DNA from: Antedon mediterranea
Taxonomy: Eukaryota > Animalia > Echinodermata
Assembly (NCBI RefSeq): GCF_964355755.1
Contig: NC_092675.1
Coordinates: 19,068,912-19,132,911, forward strand
Reading direction: 5' to 3'
DNA length: 64,000 nucleotides
The translations under genes and the position numbers were made by a program. Below are positions 63,048-64,000 of this stretch, piece by piece. The stretch's first letter is position 1. Each line of letters opens with the position of its first letter. The notes under the pieces were generated by a model. The model searched no databases and was not told where the DNA came from. It saw nothing but the letters and a program-made list of their open reading frames with translations.

Positions 63048-64000
63048 CGTGTCCTTCGTATTAAAATACACAGCTGAATGTTCGTTTCAGACAGGACGCT
63101 ATTTCTTCTCACTACCGTTCTGAAATTTAGCGCTACGGCGAGTCTTAAATTTCTGCGCATGCGTAGATCACATTTCGGTTCAAATTACCGTACTGAACTA
63201 CTTCCGTACTAAAACGAAAGCTCGCTAATTGTTTGACTTCGGAACGGTAGAAAGGGGACGGTTAACACGCATGCGCGCATGCATAAAATCTAGTATACTC
63301 TTAAGATACAAGACGCGTGCGGAAGTGTAACGGCATGTTAAAACTTTCCACCAATGAAAATTGCCGAAGCATGTACAAAGAAAGAATGTTTTAAGTTTAC
63401 TTGAATTGTTTCTTCCTCAGTTAGGACCGTACCATCCAAAATAAACCAACCTCAAACCATGATCATTGTGATAATGTGTCCCCATCCTTATTTCTCATTA
63501 CCACAAATTCATAAATAATAAAACAATTAATGATATAATTAAATTCGATTACTATTTTTATTTCAGAAAAAAGATCAAACTCGGCCTTAGTGTGTTAAGT
63601 TCCTATATGTAATTACATCATTGCTAGATGCATGCATTCTCAATCCTTTTGTTAAATCATCTCCTCGGATTAATAATTGTATATATTTAGATATTCCTAT
63701 AGTAACCGCATCCTTGTTCATAACTAAAAGTGCATGCGAGTAGAAACCCCATTGGCCATCTTCTTTTATCGTTAAATCATACTTAATTTTTATTGTGTAT
63801 ATACGTTACTTGATGACCTTGTACGTTACATGATAATTACGCTCCGAACACTGTAAATAAAATTACATCAATATATTAATGATATATAAGTATGATCCTA
63901 CTATTACTTATAATAATTGTTTATTTGTTTTTTGTTGTTTTTTTTTTCATCCGTGCCCTTTATCCTGATATATAAAATCATTTGTGTATGACGTTTGTAC

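Larger units (their letters stand above)
59005..63226. mobile_element. Apparently intact autonomous PIF/Harbinger (PHIS) transposon, 4.2 kb, with two convergent genes
   Basis: 23-bp perfect TIR AGCGAGCTTTCGTTTTAGTACGG; AATT on both flanks; transposase gene (+) and Myb/SANT-like gene (-). Confidence 0.93.

Overview
AT-rich, intron-containing eukaryotic DNA from an invertebrate animal; gene content and abundant TAGGCCTA motifs suggest an echinoderm-like deuterostome (inference). Host genes reconstructed by splicing: PPM1K (-), an unannotated single-pass protein with a LAT/PAG-like adaptor layout (+), eIF4E (-) head-to-head with DCTN4 (+), a GPI-anchored Ly6/uPAR gene (-) mostly invisible in the ORF track, and an ABCG2-like half transporter (-). 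Mobile DNA: a young intact BEL/Pao LTR retrotransposon (probably in PPM1K intron 1), an intact two-gene PIF/Harbinger-type transposon upstream of ABCG2, and many MITEs (Harbinger, hAT, pogo-like, Ginger-like), Helentron/DINE-like elements, and SINE/LINE fragments. The most unusual locus is 17011-18686 (-). It is an apparently intronless, highly divergent cyclin preceded by a basic N-terminus and a tandem array of SUMO-interacting-motif-like repeats. It is broken by two single-base frameshifts and lies between two copies of a Helentron-like element. All calls were made by eye; no database searches were run.
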